Positions 13,590 through 26,225 of a stretch of 64,000 nucleotides of DNA are shown here, piece by piece. The position numbers were made by a program, and so were the translations under genes. The notes beneath the pieces are model-generated. The model worked only from the letters and a program-made list of their open reading frames with translations. It was not told where the DNA came from and did no database searches. Source of the stretch: Octopus vulgaris (taxonomy: Eukaryota); NCBI GenBank assembly GCA_951406725.2, contig OX597824.1, forward strand, positions 33,728,001 through 33,792,000, read 5' to 3'. Positions within the stretch are counted from its first letter, which is position 1. Each line of letters opens with the position of its first letter.

Positions 13590-14400
13590 ATCATAAATGG
13601 CTACAAGAGCAAAGAAGATACACTAGAGAGAGGAATCTACAGAGGCATCAAATTGTTGGACCAGTTGTGAAGATTACAGAAAGGATTCTTGCAAACTAAT
13701 TTGGAACAAGATTAGCCAGGATGAGATGCAGTAGTATCACTGAGTTTATAATGAGACAACTACAAAAGAACTACTCAGCCGCAGGAGTGGCTGTGTGGTA
13801 AGTAGCTTGCTAACCAGCCACATGGTTCTAGGTTCAGTCTCACTGCGTGGAATCTTGAGCAAGTGTCTTCTGCTATAACCCCGGGCTGACCAGTGCCTTG
13901 TGAGTGGATTTGGTAGACGGAAACTGAAAGAAGCCTGTCGTATATATGTATATATATGTGTGTGTGTTTGTGTGTCTGTGTTTGTCCCCCTAGCATTGCT
14001 TGACAACCGATGCTGGTGTGTTTATGTCCCCGTCACTTAGCGGTTCGGCAAAAGAGACCGATAGAATAAGTACTGGGCTTACAAAGAATAAGTCCCGGGG
14101 TCGATTTGCTCAACTAAAGGCGGTGCTCCAGCATGGCTGCAGTCAAATGACTGAAACAAGTAAAAGAATAAAAGAGAGCCAAGAATAAGCATCAATAACT
14201 AGCATTCCTCAATCTAGAAGGCCTTCAACAGAATCTATCAATGATCTGGTGGTCACTAAGCACTATAAGGCAGCACAAACCATGGACATGTGTCATAGCC
14301 AGCAAGGTGAATGTTTGTACTAATGAATTTAGAGATGAATTTAGTATGCAGTAAGAGTTCATCAGGGCTTAGTTCTCAATCTACGTTCAATACCATGCTA
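13590..14400 (+). mobile_element. Old RTE RT fragment interrupted by a SINE
   Basis: tacagaggcatcaaattgttgga ... gatgagatgcagt matches 6608-6704; the match resumes after the SINE at about 14177. Confidence 0.65.
13779..14176 (+). mobile_element. Full-length tRNA-derived SINE, family A
   Basis: Head gcaggagtggctgtgtggtaag with A/B-box-like motifs, central (TA/TG)n, tail ggcggtgctccagcatggctgcagtcaaatgactgaaacaagtaaaag; agcc repeated at both ends. Confidence 0.9.
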
Positions 14401-14419
14401 TCAATAATTCTCTTTGATT

Positions 14420-14940
14420 CCTGGTTCAGTCCCACTGTGTGACACCTTAGGCAAATGCCTCCTGCTATAGCTCCAGACCAACCCAAGCCTTGTGAGTGGG
14501 TTTGGTAGACAAATGAGGAAAAGGCCATTATGTGTGTGTATTTCCCACCGCAACTTGACAACCAGTGTTGGTTTGTTTACATCCCCATTACTTATCTCTT
14601 CAGCAAAATAGACAAATAGAATAAGGAACTGGCTTTTTCCAGTTGTTCTTTTATTCTTTTTAACTTGTTTCAGTCATTTGACTGTGGTCATGCTAAAGCA
14701 CCACCTTTATTCAAAGAAATCAACTCAGTCTCTTTTGCCAAACTGCTAAGTTACAGGGACATAAACACACCAACATCGGTTATCAAACAATGGGCAGGGG
14801 GACAAACACATACAAAGACATGTATAAATATATACAAACACATATATAAATATATATATATTTTCCGTCTACCAACTCCACTCACAAGGCTTTTGTCGGC
14901 CCAAGGCTATAGATGTGCCTCGCAGTGAGACTGAACCTGG
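14420..14940. mobile_element. Two degenerate family A SINEs tail-to-tail (14420-14630 +, 14650-14940 -)
   Basis: Family A motifs on both strands. Confidence 0.7.
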
Positions 14941-16715
14941 AATAAGACTTTTTTTCTAGTTATTAACCATAACTGGAAAAATGTTGCAAGAAGTAAAATA
15001 ATGGTTAAACTGCTGCCGTACTTAAGAAAAAAAAAAAAAAATTCCATAGAATGATTAAAAGACATTTGACCTTTTCCAGATGATAAAGATCTCACATAAA
15101 GAAAAACTGAAGGATTTAGTTTTGCTTCTCAGCAATGAAGCAATAATAGCCTCAACATCATCACCTATAATACTTGACTCAATTGACAAGGAGTACCAAA
15201 GATAATCATACAATTTACAACTGCATTACAGAACAGCTAAAGGAGGTCAGGGACATGGGTATCTACATCCTCTCTCAAGAAAAGACAAGAACACTTGGAA
15301 ATATATATATAAACTGCATATCTTATGCAGTTATATATCTAATGATCAAACCATTTCCTGTAACTCTGAAAGTAAATGAGAAACTTCTAGACAGACCTGA
15401 ACAGAGCACGTTACTGATGAGGTCACGACTGCAGCAAAAGGACTTGGACAGACCTATTTGATTGGCTGACCAAACAATTAATCAATCAATTTGTTAACTG
15501 GTTAAATGTTAACCAATTGAAAAATAAAAATAGAGAAGTGAAATAGAACCAGTTTGTGTGTTTATTATTGGCATAATGACCTTCCCAAAGCGTAAAAGAA
15601 TTCTAGTACAACTCTTACTAGAGTGGATATGAGATTTTTCACTTAAACTCAAAGCTATTAATTATACTTTTAAAAAGTCATTGAATCTATAGATTGTTTA
15701 CCAATAAAGTAAGGAACTGGCAAGACATGGCACAATCTGGAAACAGCCAGGAGTTACCAATGTTTGATATTTCAAGTGCACAGCAAATTAATATGTATTT
15801 AAAAAATTTTTTTAATTAAAAAAAAGAAATCCTGAACTACCACCCAAAATTAAATTCTGTGGGAAAAATGTGTAAAACTTAGCTGTCAGCAAAATTTGGA
15901 GTCATTAAGACACTCCAAGAACTTTTTGGATTGTATATTGATGAAGTTCACTGAAAATAAATTTTCTTCGGTCTTAATTAAATTAAATAGTATCTGACAA
16001 GAATTTGCTTCCGAAGCAAATCCTAATCTAAAGTAGGGAATAAACAATTTAAGGTGGAGTCACATTATCCAAGCAAAACATCTAAATTCAGAAAAGTATC
16101 ACATTTAAGTGACTTCGGTTTAAGTAGGGAAATTTTGTAAAATTACTCCAAATTTAGTTTTCTAGACTAGATTTTATCGAGGTGAAGAATATAGTAGACA
16201 GAAACTGCAAAAGATGTGTGTGTGTGTGTTCACGCATGCGTGTTTGATTACATATGCAGTTCTACACAATATTTTGCACTTTTAGCTGGCTATGATGAAG
16301 ATGACATTTCCACTGGTGTCCCAACTTTAAAGTCATGTGAACTAGGATAGTCATTTCTTGAAATTAAGACAACTAAGAGTTAGCAACTGAAACAGCATCC
16401 AGCTGCAAAACAATGCCTTGATAGTATATTTGGCTAACCTATGACATTATATATATATATATAAAGATAGATAGACAGACAGACAGATAGATATAGATAA
16501 GTTGAAAAAAGATTAGGGACCTAAACAAATCTCTAATGACCCTGGCTAGGCTTTAAAAGGGTGCATTTATTTTTTTTGCTATAGAGTTCAAAGTGTTAGA
16601 GAGTAGTTGTCTATTGTCTAAAAACATCATTGTGGGTTCCTTCCCCCCTCCCCTCACACACACACACACACACACACAGAGGTGGACATAAAACCTATTC
16701 AATAAATGCTTTTAA

Positions 16716-16934
16716 CCCTTTAGTGTTCAGATTATTCTATCAAACATAATGCTTATTGATTCCCATTGATTTGAATTAATCATGCATTATCTCATATCTT
16801 CAAGATCTTGATGGTGTAATTACTTAATGTAGAATAACATTGTAGGGTAGGTGTGAGAGCCTGGATCTGGTCAGTTTGAACATAAAACAGATTAACTATT
16901 TTGGCCGGATATGGCCGGTTTAAATACTAAAGTG
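16716..16934 (+). mobile_element. piggyBac-like MITE
   Basis: ttaa|ccctttagtg ... tactaaagtg|ttaa; homologous to 9831-10053. Confidence 0.8.
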
Positions 16935-17239
16935 TTAAGCCACTCCCTTGGCAGGGGCCCACAAAGATTTCTTTTAGACAACAGACAACTACACCCCCTC
17001 TCTTACTCTCTGACACCGAACTCTATACCAAACTATATTTAAAGAAGACTTCAATGAAAATACTCCAGACATGTTTTAGACCCCCAGGCAAAGTTTTTAC
17101 TGATATTTGATAAGATGAGATTCATCATCGAAACCAGTAATATTTTCTTTATATATTTAAAAAAATCATTTTTGTAAATTGTTTCTTAAATTGAAGTGTC
17201 TTAGATTTACTCCTGTGCTATTTCCACTTCCATGTTTAC

Positions 17240-17485
17240 ACACACACACACAGAGATATATATAGATAGATTGAGATATATATATATAGAGATAGATATA
17301 TAGATAGACAGACAGACAGACAGAGATAGATAGACAGACAGACAGAGATAGATAGACAGACAGACAGAGATAGATAGATATAGATAGATATAGATAGATA
17401 TAGCTAGATATAGACAGATATAGATACAGATAGACAGATATAGATAGATCGATAGATAAATATAGATAGATACAGACAGACAGAT

Positions 17486-17517
<32 letters not shown>

Positions 17518-17565
17518 ATATAGATAGATACAGACAGACAGATAGATAGATAGATAGATAGATAA
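17240..17565. repeat. (GATA)n/(GACA)n microsatellite
   Basis: Directly visible. Confidence 0.95.
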
Positions 17566-18325
17566 GAATAGCTGTGCGAATAACAATAGGCTGCACAAAG
17601 TTCAGAGAGTTCCTACCTCTGCTGGCAACAAAAGGCCTCTTCCTCAGAGTGAAAGGCAGATTGTATGATGCTTGTATGCAAACAGCTATGCTACATGGTT
17701 GTGAAACATGGCCTGTGACAACTGAGGATATGTGTAGGCTCGAAAGAAATGAAGCCAGTATGCTTCACTGGAAGTGCAACGTCAGTGTGCATATATCACA
17801 GAGTGTAAGCATCTTGAGAGAAAAGTCAGGTATAAGAAGCATCAGATGTGGTGTACAAGAGAGACGACTGTGCTGGTATGGTCATGTGATGCAGATGGAC
17901 GAGGACAGCTGTGTAAAGAAGTGCTGATCTCTAACTGTAGAGAGAACCTGTGGTAGAGGTAGATCAAAGAAGACATGAGATGAAGTGGTGAAGCATGATC
18001 TTCGAACTTTGGGCCTCACAGAGGCAATGACTAGTGACCGAGACCTTTGGCGCTATGCTGTACTTGAGAAGACCCGTCAAGCCAAATGGAATCATAGTTG
18101 TGGCTGATGCTGGTGTCACATAACTGGCACCCAAGCCAGTGGCACATAAAAGCACGCAGTACACTCTGAGTTGTTGGCATTAAGGAGGGTATCCAGCCAT
18201 AGAAACCATGTTAAATCAGATTGGGGTCTTGTGCAGCCTTCCAGCTTGCCAGCCTTGGTCAAACCATCCAATCCATGCCAGCATGCACAACGGATGCTAA
18301 ATGATAAAAATGATGATGATGATGA

Positions 18326-18330
<5 letters not shown>
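17565..18330 (+). mobile_element. RTE LINE 3' fragment
   Basis: ORF 17574-17927 (KFREFLPLLATKGLFLRVKGRLYDAC ... RRLCWYGHV) matches 7510-7860; 3' UTR and (GAT)n tail present. Confidence 0.92.
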
Positions 18331-18373
<43 letters not shown>

Positions 18374-18599
18374 AAAATAGGATAAAATCTTCATAAGAAT
18401 TTATCAAGTAGTTAGCGTGAAAAACCTCATAAGAGAAAAAAAAACAATTTTTTTCCTTTAAATTTATTTATTTATATTATATAGAGGGCACTGTTACACA
18501 TAGATGCCACACGCTAGGAAGGACTCTTAAAGTCAAAACTACCAAAATAAATAAACACATCGTACCGAAACCAATTCTCGAAGTAGGTCATTTAAAAAC

Positions 18600-18900
18600 A
18601 GAATTTAGCTGCAATACACATCAAATGAGAAGAAATCATTATGAACACAAGCTTGAAACATCAATACATTCAAGTCAGATGTGTAACAACAGCCATCTTT
18701 TCTCTGACAAGACATCTTTCTGCAAATATCTAAAATGACTTTACAACTAAGGAACTTAACAAGAATAATAAAACGGTTGACAAAGCTGTATTGAAGAAGA
18801 TTAATGATCAATATTGTAAACATGGCATTGAGGATAGAACTGAACGATACATACCCAGACATCCTCACTTCTGAGAAATCATAAGGTTGACTTTCTCATT
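18600..18900 (+). mobile_element. Possible highly decayed Penelope-like RT N-terminal fragment
   Basis: Broken reading resembling ...GIEDRTERYIPRHPHF...HKVDF; weak. Confidence 0.3.
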
Positions 18901-19164
18901 AAGCCTTCAAATAAGCTTGTTTGACCCACTAAATCTAACCTTGGTTGTATTAGTAAATCTATTTTGGATAGGATTATCCCTATGGTTAAAAATAAACTTA
19001 AGCTTTAGCTTTTTGTTTAATACCAGTTAAGTAACAACAATACTCCATTATGTAAGTAACAAGAACAATACAATACTTCCTTTCAAGTTTGACATTAATA
19101 ACTATTATCCCTCTGGATTTGCTCTTTTATTGAATAGTGCTCTTACATTTGCCAGGAAACTAAC

Positions 19165-19246
<82 letters not shown>

Positions 19247-19418
19247 TGAAGATTATTTATCAACATAACATGGCAGTCGAATGTTACTATTATTTAGCCA
19301 CAGGAAACATCAGCTTCAGCTGGACAAAGAGAGTCAAATAGCCAGCTGGAGACAATGCTTCCTGGGACTAAATAACAGTAACATTTGACTGCCATGTTAT
19401 GTTGGCAAATAATCTTTA
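19247..19418. repeat. Near-perfect 170-bp hairpin (palindromic MITE-like)
   Basis: aagattatttatcaacataacatggcagtcgaatgttact ... versus agtaacatttgactgccatgttatgttggcaaataatctt; inner arms also pair. Confidence 0.85.
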
Positions 19419-19488
19419 CTCCAGAGTACTGTTACTGAATGTCTTTCATTGTGATATTTACAAAGAGAAATTTTCTATTTTATATATA

Positions 19489-19890
19489 TATCAGGTCATC
19501 CCATAAATTCTGTCTGATTTTACCTTTTTTTAAATTGAATGAAATTTGATTGTATTTTAGAATGTCTAATGGAATTAAAAATTATTTTTATGCATTTGTG
19601 TACATTTAAACTAATTGAATATTATTTTACAGAATAACAGAATTAAAATTTCTTTGATTGAAACCGTTTCTAACATGGAAGTATCCAAAGAGCATTTGAG
19701 GCACATAATGCTTTATGAGTACAAAAAAGGAAACTCTGCAGCTGAAGCAACTCGAAACGTACACTCAGTTTATGGGAAGGAATGCTTGAATGAAAGAACT
19801 TGCAGAAGATGGTTTGCAAAATTCAAAAGTGGAGATTTCAGCCTTGAAGATGAAGATTGAAATGCATGTCCTGTTGAGTTTGAGGATAAG
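19489..19890 (+). mobile_element. mariner transposon 5' fragment (Mos1-type HTH)
   Basis: MEVSKEHLRHIMLYEYKKGNSAAEATRNVHSVYG ... RTCRRWFAKFKSGDFSLEDE; begins after (TA)n. Confidence 0.88.
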
Positions 19891-20228
19891 CTCCATAGAT
19901 TTTTATAGTAAATATATGTACTGACAGAGAATTAAGTCAGGAATCAGGTGAATCAAACAGTCTCTATTGATGAGGCTATGGAATTGGCCAAAACTGACCA
20001 AGGTCATGTGCTGTTTATTTTGATGAGTTCACTGTGTCACACACATGTGGTTGTGATGCATGTGCCTGGTGTACCCTTATCAGACAAGTAGTCATGATGG
20101 GTATACTGGGCTTCGTATATTTTACCCCAGTGTCACTTTGGTAGCATGCACTTCTCTCTCACTCAATGTTACTAATAACAATAATAATAGAGATTATGGA
20201 TAATACTCTTGTTAATATAATAATAAGT

Positions 20229-20400
20229 GGAGGCGCAATGGCCCAGTGATTAGGGCAGCAGACTTGCGGTTGGAGGATCGCGGTTTCGATTCCCAGACTG
20301 GGCGCTGTGTGTGTTTATTGAGCGAAAACACCTAAAAGCTCCACGGGGCTCCAGCAGGTGTTTTAACATTTTATGGGGCTTGGTTGAGTTAATGTCGTTT
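20229..20400 (+). mobile_element. tRNA-derived SINE, family C, 5' part
   Basis: ggaggcgcaatggcccagtgattagg ... ggtttcgattccc; same head as at 45470. Confidence 0.8.
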
Positions 20401-20444
20401 GGAGTCGATGAAGTTGTGGGTATTTCTATCTCTAACAATATATA

Positions 20445-20912
20445 TATACTATACACACACACACACATATATATATATACATATATACACACACATATAT
20501 ATACACACACATATATACACACACACATATATACACACACACATATACACACACACATATACACACACACATATATATACATATATACACATACATATAT
20601 ATACAAACATATATATACACATATATATACAACCATATATATACACATATATATATACATCCATATATATACACATATATATATATACATCCATATATAT
20701 ACACATATATATACACATCCATATATATACACATATATATACACATATATATACACACATATATATACAACATATATATACACACATATATATACACACA
20801 CACATATACACACACACACACAAAACACACACATATATATACACACACACACACATATACACACACACATATATATACACACACACACATATACACACAC
20901 ACACAGACACAC

Positions 20913-20961
<49 letters not shown>

Positions 20962-20985
20962 CATACATATACATATATATATAAT
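20445..20985. repeat. Compound (TA)n/(CA)n microsatellite
   Basis: Directly visible. Confidence 0.95.
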
Positions 20986-22159
20986 TCTTCAACCAGGACT
21001 ACGTCTGCAGCTTGAAGTTTGATTATAAGAGAAATCTAGAGAGAGTTAATATGGAGGTAGAGAGTTAATATGGAGGTTATACACACACACACACACATCA
21101 TTTAACAACTGTTTTCCATACTGGCATGTGTTAAACAGTTTGACTAGAGCTGGTAAACCAGGTAGCTACACTAGGCTTCCATTGTCTGCTTTGGTGTCAA
21201 GCCTCATTCTGTTTATCTGCATCACTACTTCTATATATGATGGGACTTCTCTAGTTTCACTCACAAGGTATTGGTTGACCCATGGCTATAGTATAGAAAT
21301 ATAGGCCAACATTGTTCTCACAATGGAGACAGAAGCCTTAAGTGTGAGGTTATAAGGTAAACTTCCTCACCAGCCTGCAACTTCCACCAAAATAACATGT
21401 GTATTAACTATGCCTAATTACAATTATGACTTAATTTTAAAATCTTTAAAATCCTATTTATTATTATCTAATACCATTTTTACAGCTTTTCTCTATACAT
21501 TTTCAATTCTATGGTTCATTCTTTTTATTCTTCATTTCATTCCTATTCTATTATTCTCTTGACCTCATTGTTTTACTTCTTTTCATTTATAGAATTTCCC
21601 TACCTCACATTGTCAACATGCTTGATTACTCACACTGAATATAGACCATCAAAAGGTCTTCTTCCTCTCCCTTAAAAGGATACACTTGAATTGTTTCATT
21701 GTTTTCTTCTGTTCTTTTTATTATTGAGCTCAATCTTCCATCTTTTCTGTATCTTCCCCTCAAACTGTGCCTTCCTCATTCTTTCTTTCTTACAATACAT
21801 AGCTTTTCCCTATGCTTTCTCCCTCACTTCTCTTACATCTTATCAATCTAGACCTCACAAATTTCTATCATTCTTTCTACCTCACTATCACAAACACACC
21901 TTTTGTCCTTTATCTTAAATACAGATGTACTACAAGATGAATTGCAGTTACCCTACTCAGTCTGAAGAAAAAAATTTGGTGCTTCTATGCTTCCAATTTG
22001 AGTGCATTGAGGTTTCCTGTTAATGTGTTCAGAATGATTTCTACTCATGTATTATTACATAAGTATGCACACCCATATGCATAATATACATTAATGCATC
22101 AGCTAGTCACTGAATTTTCGAAACAGCTGTAAAGATTTATCTAGGTGTATATTTTTGCT

Positions 22160-22957
22160 TTACTCTTTTACTTGTTTCAGTCATTTGACTGTGACCATGC
22201 TGGAGCACCACCTTTAGTCGAGCAAATCGACCCCTGGACTTATTCTTTGTAAGCCTAGTACTTATTCTATTGGTCTCTTTTGCCGAACTGCTGAGTTATG
22301 GGGATGTAAACACACCAGCATTGGTTGTCAAGTAATGTTGGGGGGACAAACACAGACACACAAATATAGACATACACATACATATATATATAGTTAAAGT
22401 TAATCCAAACAAGAAAACACAGAAAAAAACACAGCAACGTGAGGACGTGGAACAATTAAAGTATTATTTGACGCTCAGGAAAGAAGGGAAGGAGGGTTTA
22501 ACGTTTCGAGCGGAGCTCTTCGTCGGAAACAAGGAGAAGGAAAGATCCCGAGAAGGGAAGACAGAGGAAAAAAATATATTTGCTGGTGGTGCTCAAGAGA
22601 TCACATGTTGAAAGAACAGAAGTTGAAAGGTAGACGAATCATGATTTTTAAAAACAAGAGAGTTTCAAAGACAAGGAATGTGTGTGGGTGCGTGTGTGTG
22701 TGTGTGTGTGTGCAAGGATGACAAGTGTGTTTGTGCGTGCGTGTGTGTGTGTATGTATGGTGAATAATAGGCATATATATATATATATACATATGATGGG
22801 CTTCTTTCAGTTTCCATCTACCAAATCCACTCACAAGGCTTTAGTCGGCCTGAGGCTATAGTAGAAGACACTTGCCCAAGGTACCATGCAGTGGAACTGA
22901 ACCCGGAACCATGTGGTTTGTAAGCAAGCTACTTATCACACAGCCACTCTTACACCT
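22160..22957 (-). mobile_element. SINE family A with an insertion in its central microsatellite
   Basis: 3' half at 22160-22390 and 5' half at 22795-22957, separated by a Penelope pLTR-like fragment. Confidence 0.85.
22496..22530 (-). ncRNA. Minimal hammerhead-like motif in a Penelope pLTR fragment
   Basis: gttt-CCGACGA-a-gagc-tcc-gctc-GAAAc-GTT-aaac; helices I and II pair; U4>C in the core. Confidence 0.6.
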
Positions 22958-22967
22958 AATGTGTGAC

Positions 22968-23070
22968 GCTTGCAGCACCTAGGTTTCCCAAGCAGTCACC
23001 CATCTAAGTACTAACTTGGCTCGACATTGCTTAACTTCAGTGAGCAGATGAGAACCAGTGCTTTCAACAC
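22968..23070 (-). pseudogene. 5S rRNA-derived copy, 5'-truncated and CpG-decayed
   Basis: Reverse complement reads ttgaaagcactggttctcatctgctcactgaagttaagcaatgtcgagccaagttagtacttagatgggtgactgcttgggaaacctaggtgctgcaagc. Confidence 0.88.
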
Positions 23071-23409
23071 AATTATGTATGTTTATATGATATCTTTTAT
23101 AAATGATATAATGTTATATATACAAGTTTGTCTTTTATTTCTTGTCATTTTATGTATGACTATGTGTGAGTGCATGTGAGTTATATGTGTGTGTATATAT
23201 ATATATACACACACACACTAGCAAATGCATCCATCCTTTGGATGGTTTAAGTTGCTTGATGGTATTTTTTTCACCAAATAATTGAACTACTGAGCAAGTT
23301 TATAATTAGCATGGCAATCTATGTTTCCAATTAGTGGAATTAAAACCCTAATGGGGAAGGTTAATTCTTTGGGATGAATCATATATGATTTTATTATTTT
23401 TTTTTATTT

Positions 23410-23725
23410 TATCTAGTTTCAGCTCACAAGCTGTGGCCATGCTGGGGCACCACCATTTGGTGTTGCTACATGATTTTACTTCACAAATGCTTTTTAGCAA
23501 TTGCCATTTGGTGCATGAGAGAGTTCAATGCAGCTGCCCTCATTTGCACCTCCTGCCATGAAGTTGGTTCATCTGGGACACCTGACAGGAAGAGATCCAG
23601 TTTTATTTTAAAGACATCTGCATCCACCCCATGCAGGTCTCTCAGGTTCTTCGGGAGGATATTGAAGAGCTGTGGGCCTCTGAAGCCCAGGCTATCACAG
23701 TATCTTGTCCTACATCTTGGTGTTT
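23410..23725 (-). mobile_element. CR1/L2-like LINE 3' end
   Basis: Translates RYCDSLGFRGPQLFNILPKNLRDLHGVDADVFKIKLDLFLSGVPDEP; tail ggtggtgccccagcatggccacagc ... tgaaactag. Confidence 0.7.
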
Positions 23726-24156
23726 AAAAAAGGCTACGAAAACAATGCTAAAACGTATTTGAAACAATGGACAAGTTGAAATATCATAATGGATGGGTAA
23801 ATAAGCATCCTGAAAGTGAAACAACACATTGGTAGGTAAACAAAAGTATCAACAGATAGAAGAGGGGGGAAGTGAATATCACCTTTCAAGTAAATAAGAA
23901 TAGGTAAAGGTAAGCTTGCCAAAGTTTAATGCAGTTTAAATATGGAGATTAAGATTGTTTAATATTGGATATTCATCATGTACAGTGTTCCAAGTCAATT
24001 TAATCAGCATAGCAGGTGGACAGTGGAAACAAATAAATAGATAAAAATCCTTTCACTTTTATAAAAACATTAAAAATGTATGGAAGACCCTCATACAAAA
24101 AACTATATCCATTATTTACATTTGATGGATATTTATCCTCATCTTGTTTGTGGTTA

Positions 24157-24200
24157 ACACAACGTTTCAACTGATATACCCTCCAGCCTTCATCAGGTGC
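24157..24200 (-). ncRNA. Type I minimal hammerhead ribozyme motif
   Basis: gcac-CTGATGA-a-ggctg-gagggtatat-cagtt-GAAAc-GTT-gtgt. Confidence 0.75.
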
Positions 24201-24356
24201 CTTGGGGAAATTTTGAACCTAGGTTCTCATTCCTAAGGTATTTTTTGATGTTATTATTATCATTATTATTATTATTCAGGTCACTGCTTGCAATCGAACT
24301 CAAAATCTCAGGGTTCATAGCCCATACTCTTAACCACTACACCATATGCCCCTAAG

Positions 24357-24400
24357 ACACCTGATGAAGGCTGGAGGGTATATCAGCCAAAACATTGTGT
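24357..24400 (+). ncRNA. Second, inverted hammerhead copy decayed by CpG transitions
   Basis: acac-CTGATGA-a-ggctg ... cagcc-AAAAcATT-gtgt (ancestral cGAAAcGTT). Confidence 0.65.
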
Positions 24401-24957
24401 TAACAACAAACAACATGAGGACAAACACCTGTCAAATGTAAATAATATTCATAATTACTCATCTCTTAAATATAGAACTGAACTATATCCATTTACAGCC
24501 ATTTGCATGGGAGCTCTGAGCAACATGTCATAATGCCTGAGACCATCCTTGGGACATAAGTAAAGTGTGTGTAAAGTTTGGTGAAAATCAGTTGAAAATT
24601 GTGGAAATGTATGCATTAGTCATTATACGCACACATACTGTGATTTATATATACTAGATATATATATACAATAGCATCATTTAATGTCCATGTTCCGTGC
24701 ATCATGATCCAATGTCTGTTTTTGCCGTGGTTTCTATGGTTGGTTGCCCTTACCAATGTCGACAACTTTACAGTGTGTACTGGGTGTGCGTATGTATGTA
24801 TGTATATATATAAATGAGCATGTACAGTATTACATGTCCACTATGGCTGATTTTACCAATCAGTTTTGCACTAGGGCTTCTCCAGAGTATAAGGTAACAG
24901 CCTATTTATGTAACCCTGCACTCTTCAAAGATGACAGTTATGGAATGAAATTAGAAA

Positions 24958-24988
<31 letters not shown>

Positions 24989-24990
<2 letters not shown>

Positions 24991-25150
24991 CGCGGGCATG
25001 GCTGTGTGGTTAGGGAGCTTGCTTCCTAGCTACATGGCTTCGGGTTCAGTCCCACTGCGTGGCACTTTGGGTAGGTGTCTTCTGCTATAGCCCCGAGCCG
25101 ACCGAAGCTTTGTGATTGAATTCGGCAGGCGGAAGTTACTGCCGTATGTG
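24989..25150 (+). mobile_element. SINE family A, 5' half
   Basis: ggcgcgggcatggctgtgtggttagg ... gggttcagtcccactgcgtggcac. Confidence 0.8.
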
Positions 25151-25354
25151 TATATGTGCGTGTAGGTGCTTGTGCCTCTCCGAAATAGAGAGAGGGTATA
25201 TAGCATTTCTAATTATTTATATTTTCTCCCCAAGTTCCCACAATTTTCTCCTTAGAACATTTCACAGAAAAATCTAAATTCTTTCATGTTTTTTTCTCTT
25301 TTGTAGCATTTAAAACTTGGTCCTTTTTTTTTTTTTTTTGCCAGATCGACAAAA

Positions 25355-26225
25355 AACTGGGCAAAGTTTAGAAAGCTTCTACCCCTACTGGTGACTAAGG
25401 GCCTCTCGCTCAGAGTGAAAGGTAAATTGTACAATGCATACCTGGATGTTAAATGATGATAATGATGATATATATAGGTCTATAGTTGTTTAGTAGTTTG
25501 TTAGTCAGAAAAAGAGGCGTTCACATAATTGTAACAAGATCGGTTGATCTTGTTACAAATATGTGAGTGCCTCATTTTTTTGTACTTTAAAACCATGGGA
25601 GGAGCCTTTTCGGTAAAAAAAAAAAATTAAAACATAGGCCATGACTGCGGAGGACATGCATAGGTTCGAAAGAAATGAAGCTAGCATGATCTGCTGGAGA
25701 TGTAATGTCAGTGTGCACACACGACTGTGTGTAAGCGCCCCGAGAGAAATGTTGGACATAAGAAGCATAGGGTGTGGCATGCAAGAGAGACGTTTGCGCT
25801 GGTATGGTCATGTACTACAGATGGATGAGGAGAGATGTTTGAAGAAGTGCCACTCCCAAACAATTGAAGGAATCTGGAGTAGAGGTAGACCCAGGAAGAC
25901 ATGGGATGAGGTGGTCAAGCATGACCTTCCAATGTTGGCAACGAGGCAATGATGAAAGAGCGAGACCTCTGGAGATATGCTGTGACTGCAAAGACCCAGC
26001 AAATAAAGTGAGTTCATGGCTGTATCCTACTGCTGGTGGCACGTAAAAAGCACCCACTACACTCACGGAGTGGTTGGCATTAGGAAGGGCCTCCAGCTGT
26101 AGAAACACTGCCAGATCAGACTGGAGCCTGGTGCAGCCTCCTGGATTCCCAGACCCCGGTCTAACCGTCCAACCCATGCTAGCATGGAAAATGGATGTTA
26201 AACGACGATAGTGATGATGATGATA
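25355..26225 (+). mobile_element. RTE LINE 3' fragment interrupted by a duplicated block
   Basis: WAKFRKLLPLLVTKGLSLRVKG at 25358-25440, resuming with MTAEDMHRFERNEASM ... GRPRKTWDEVV at 25641; 3' UTR and (GAT)n. Confidence 0.9.

Larger units (their letters stand above)
24111..24480 (-). mobile_element. tRNA-headed short element with a hammerhead tail and an inverted terminal copy (Penelope-type non-autonomous element)
   Basis: TSD aactatatcc(att) at 24101 and 24481; tRNA-like head 24350-24277; (AAT)n; hammerhead 24200-24157; inverted arm 24349-24446 plus a 34-nt extension. Confidence 0.8.
23218..24658 (-). mobile_element. Non-autonomous Helitron-like element carrying nested inserts
   Basis: 5' a|TCtagtatatataaatc; 3' hairpin ccatccaaaggatgg followed by CTAG|t. 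Confidence 0.55.

Noticed and set aside
24277-24350. Functional tRNA gene (also the SINE heads elsewhere)
   Set aside because: Only A/B-box-like motifs remain; no intact cloverleaf or acceptor stem, and each is fused to a repeat body.
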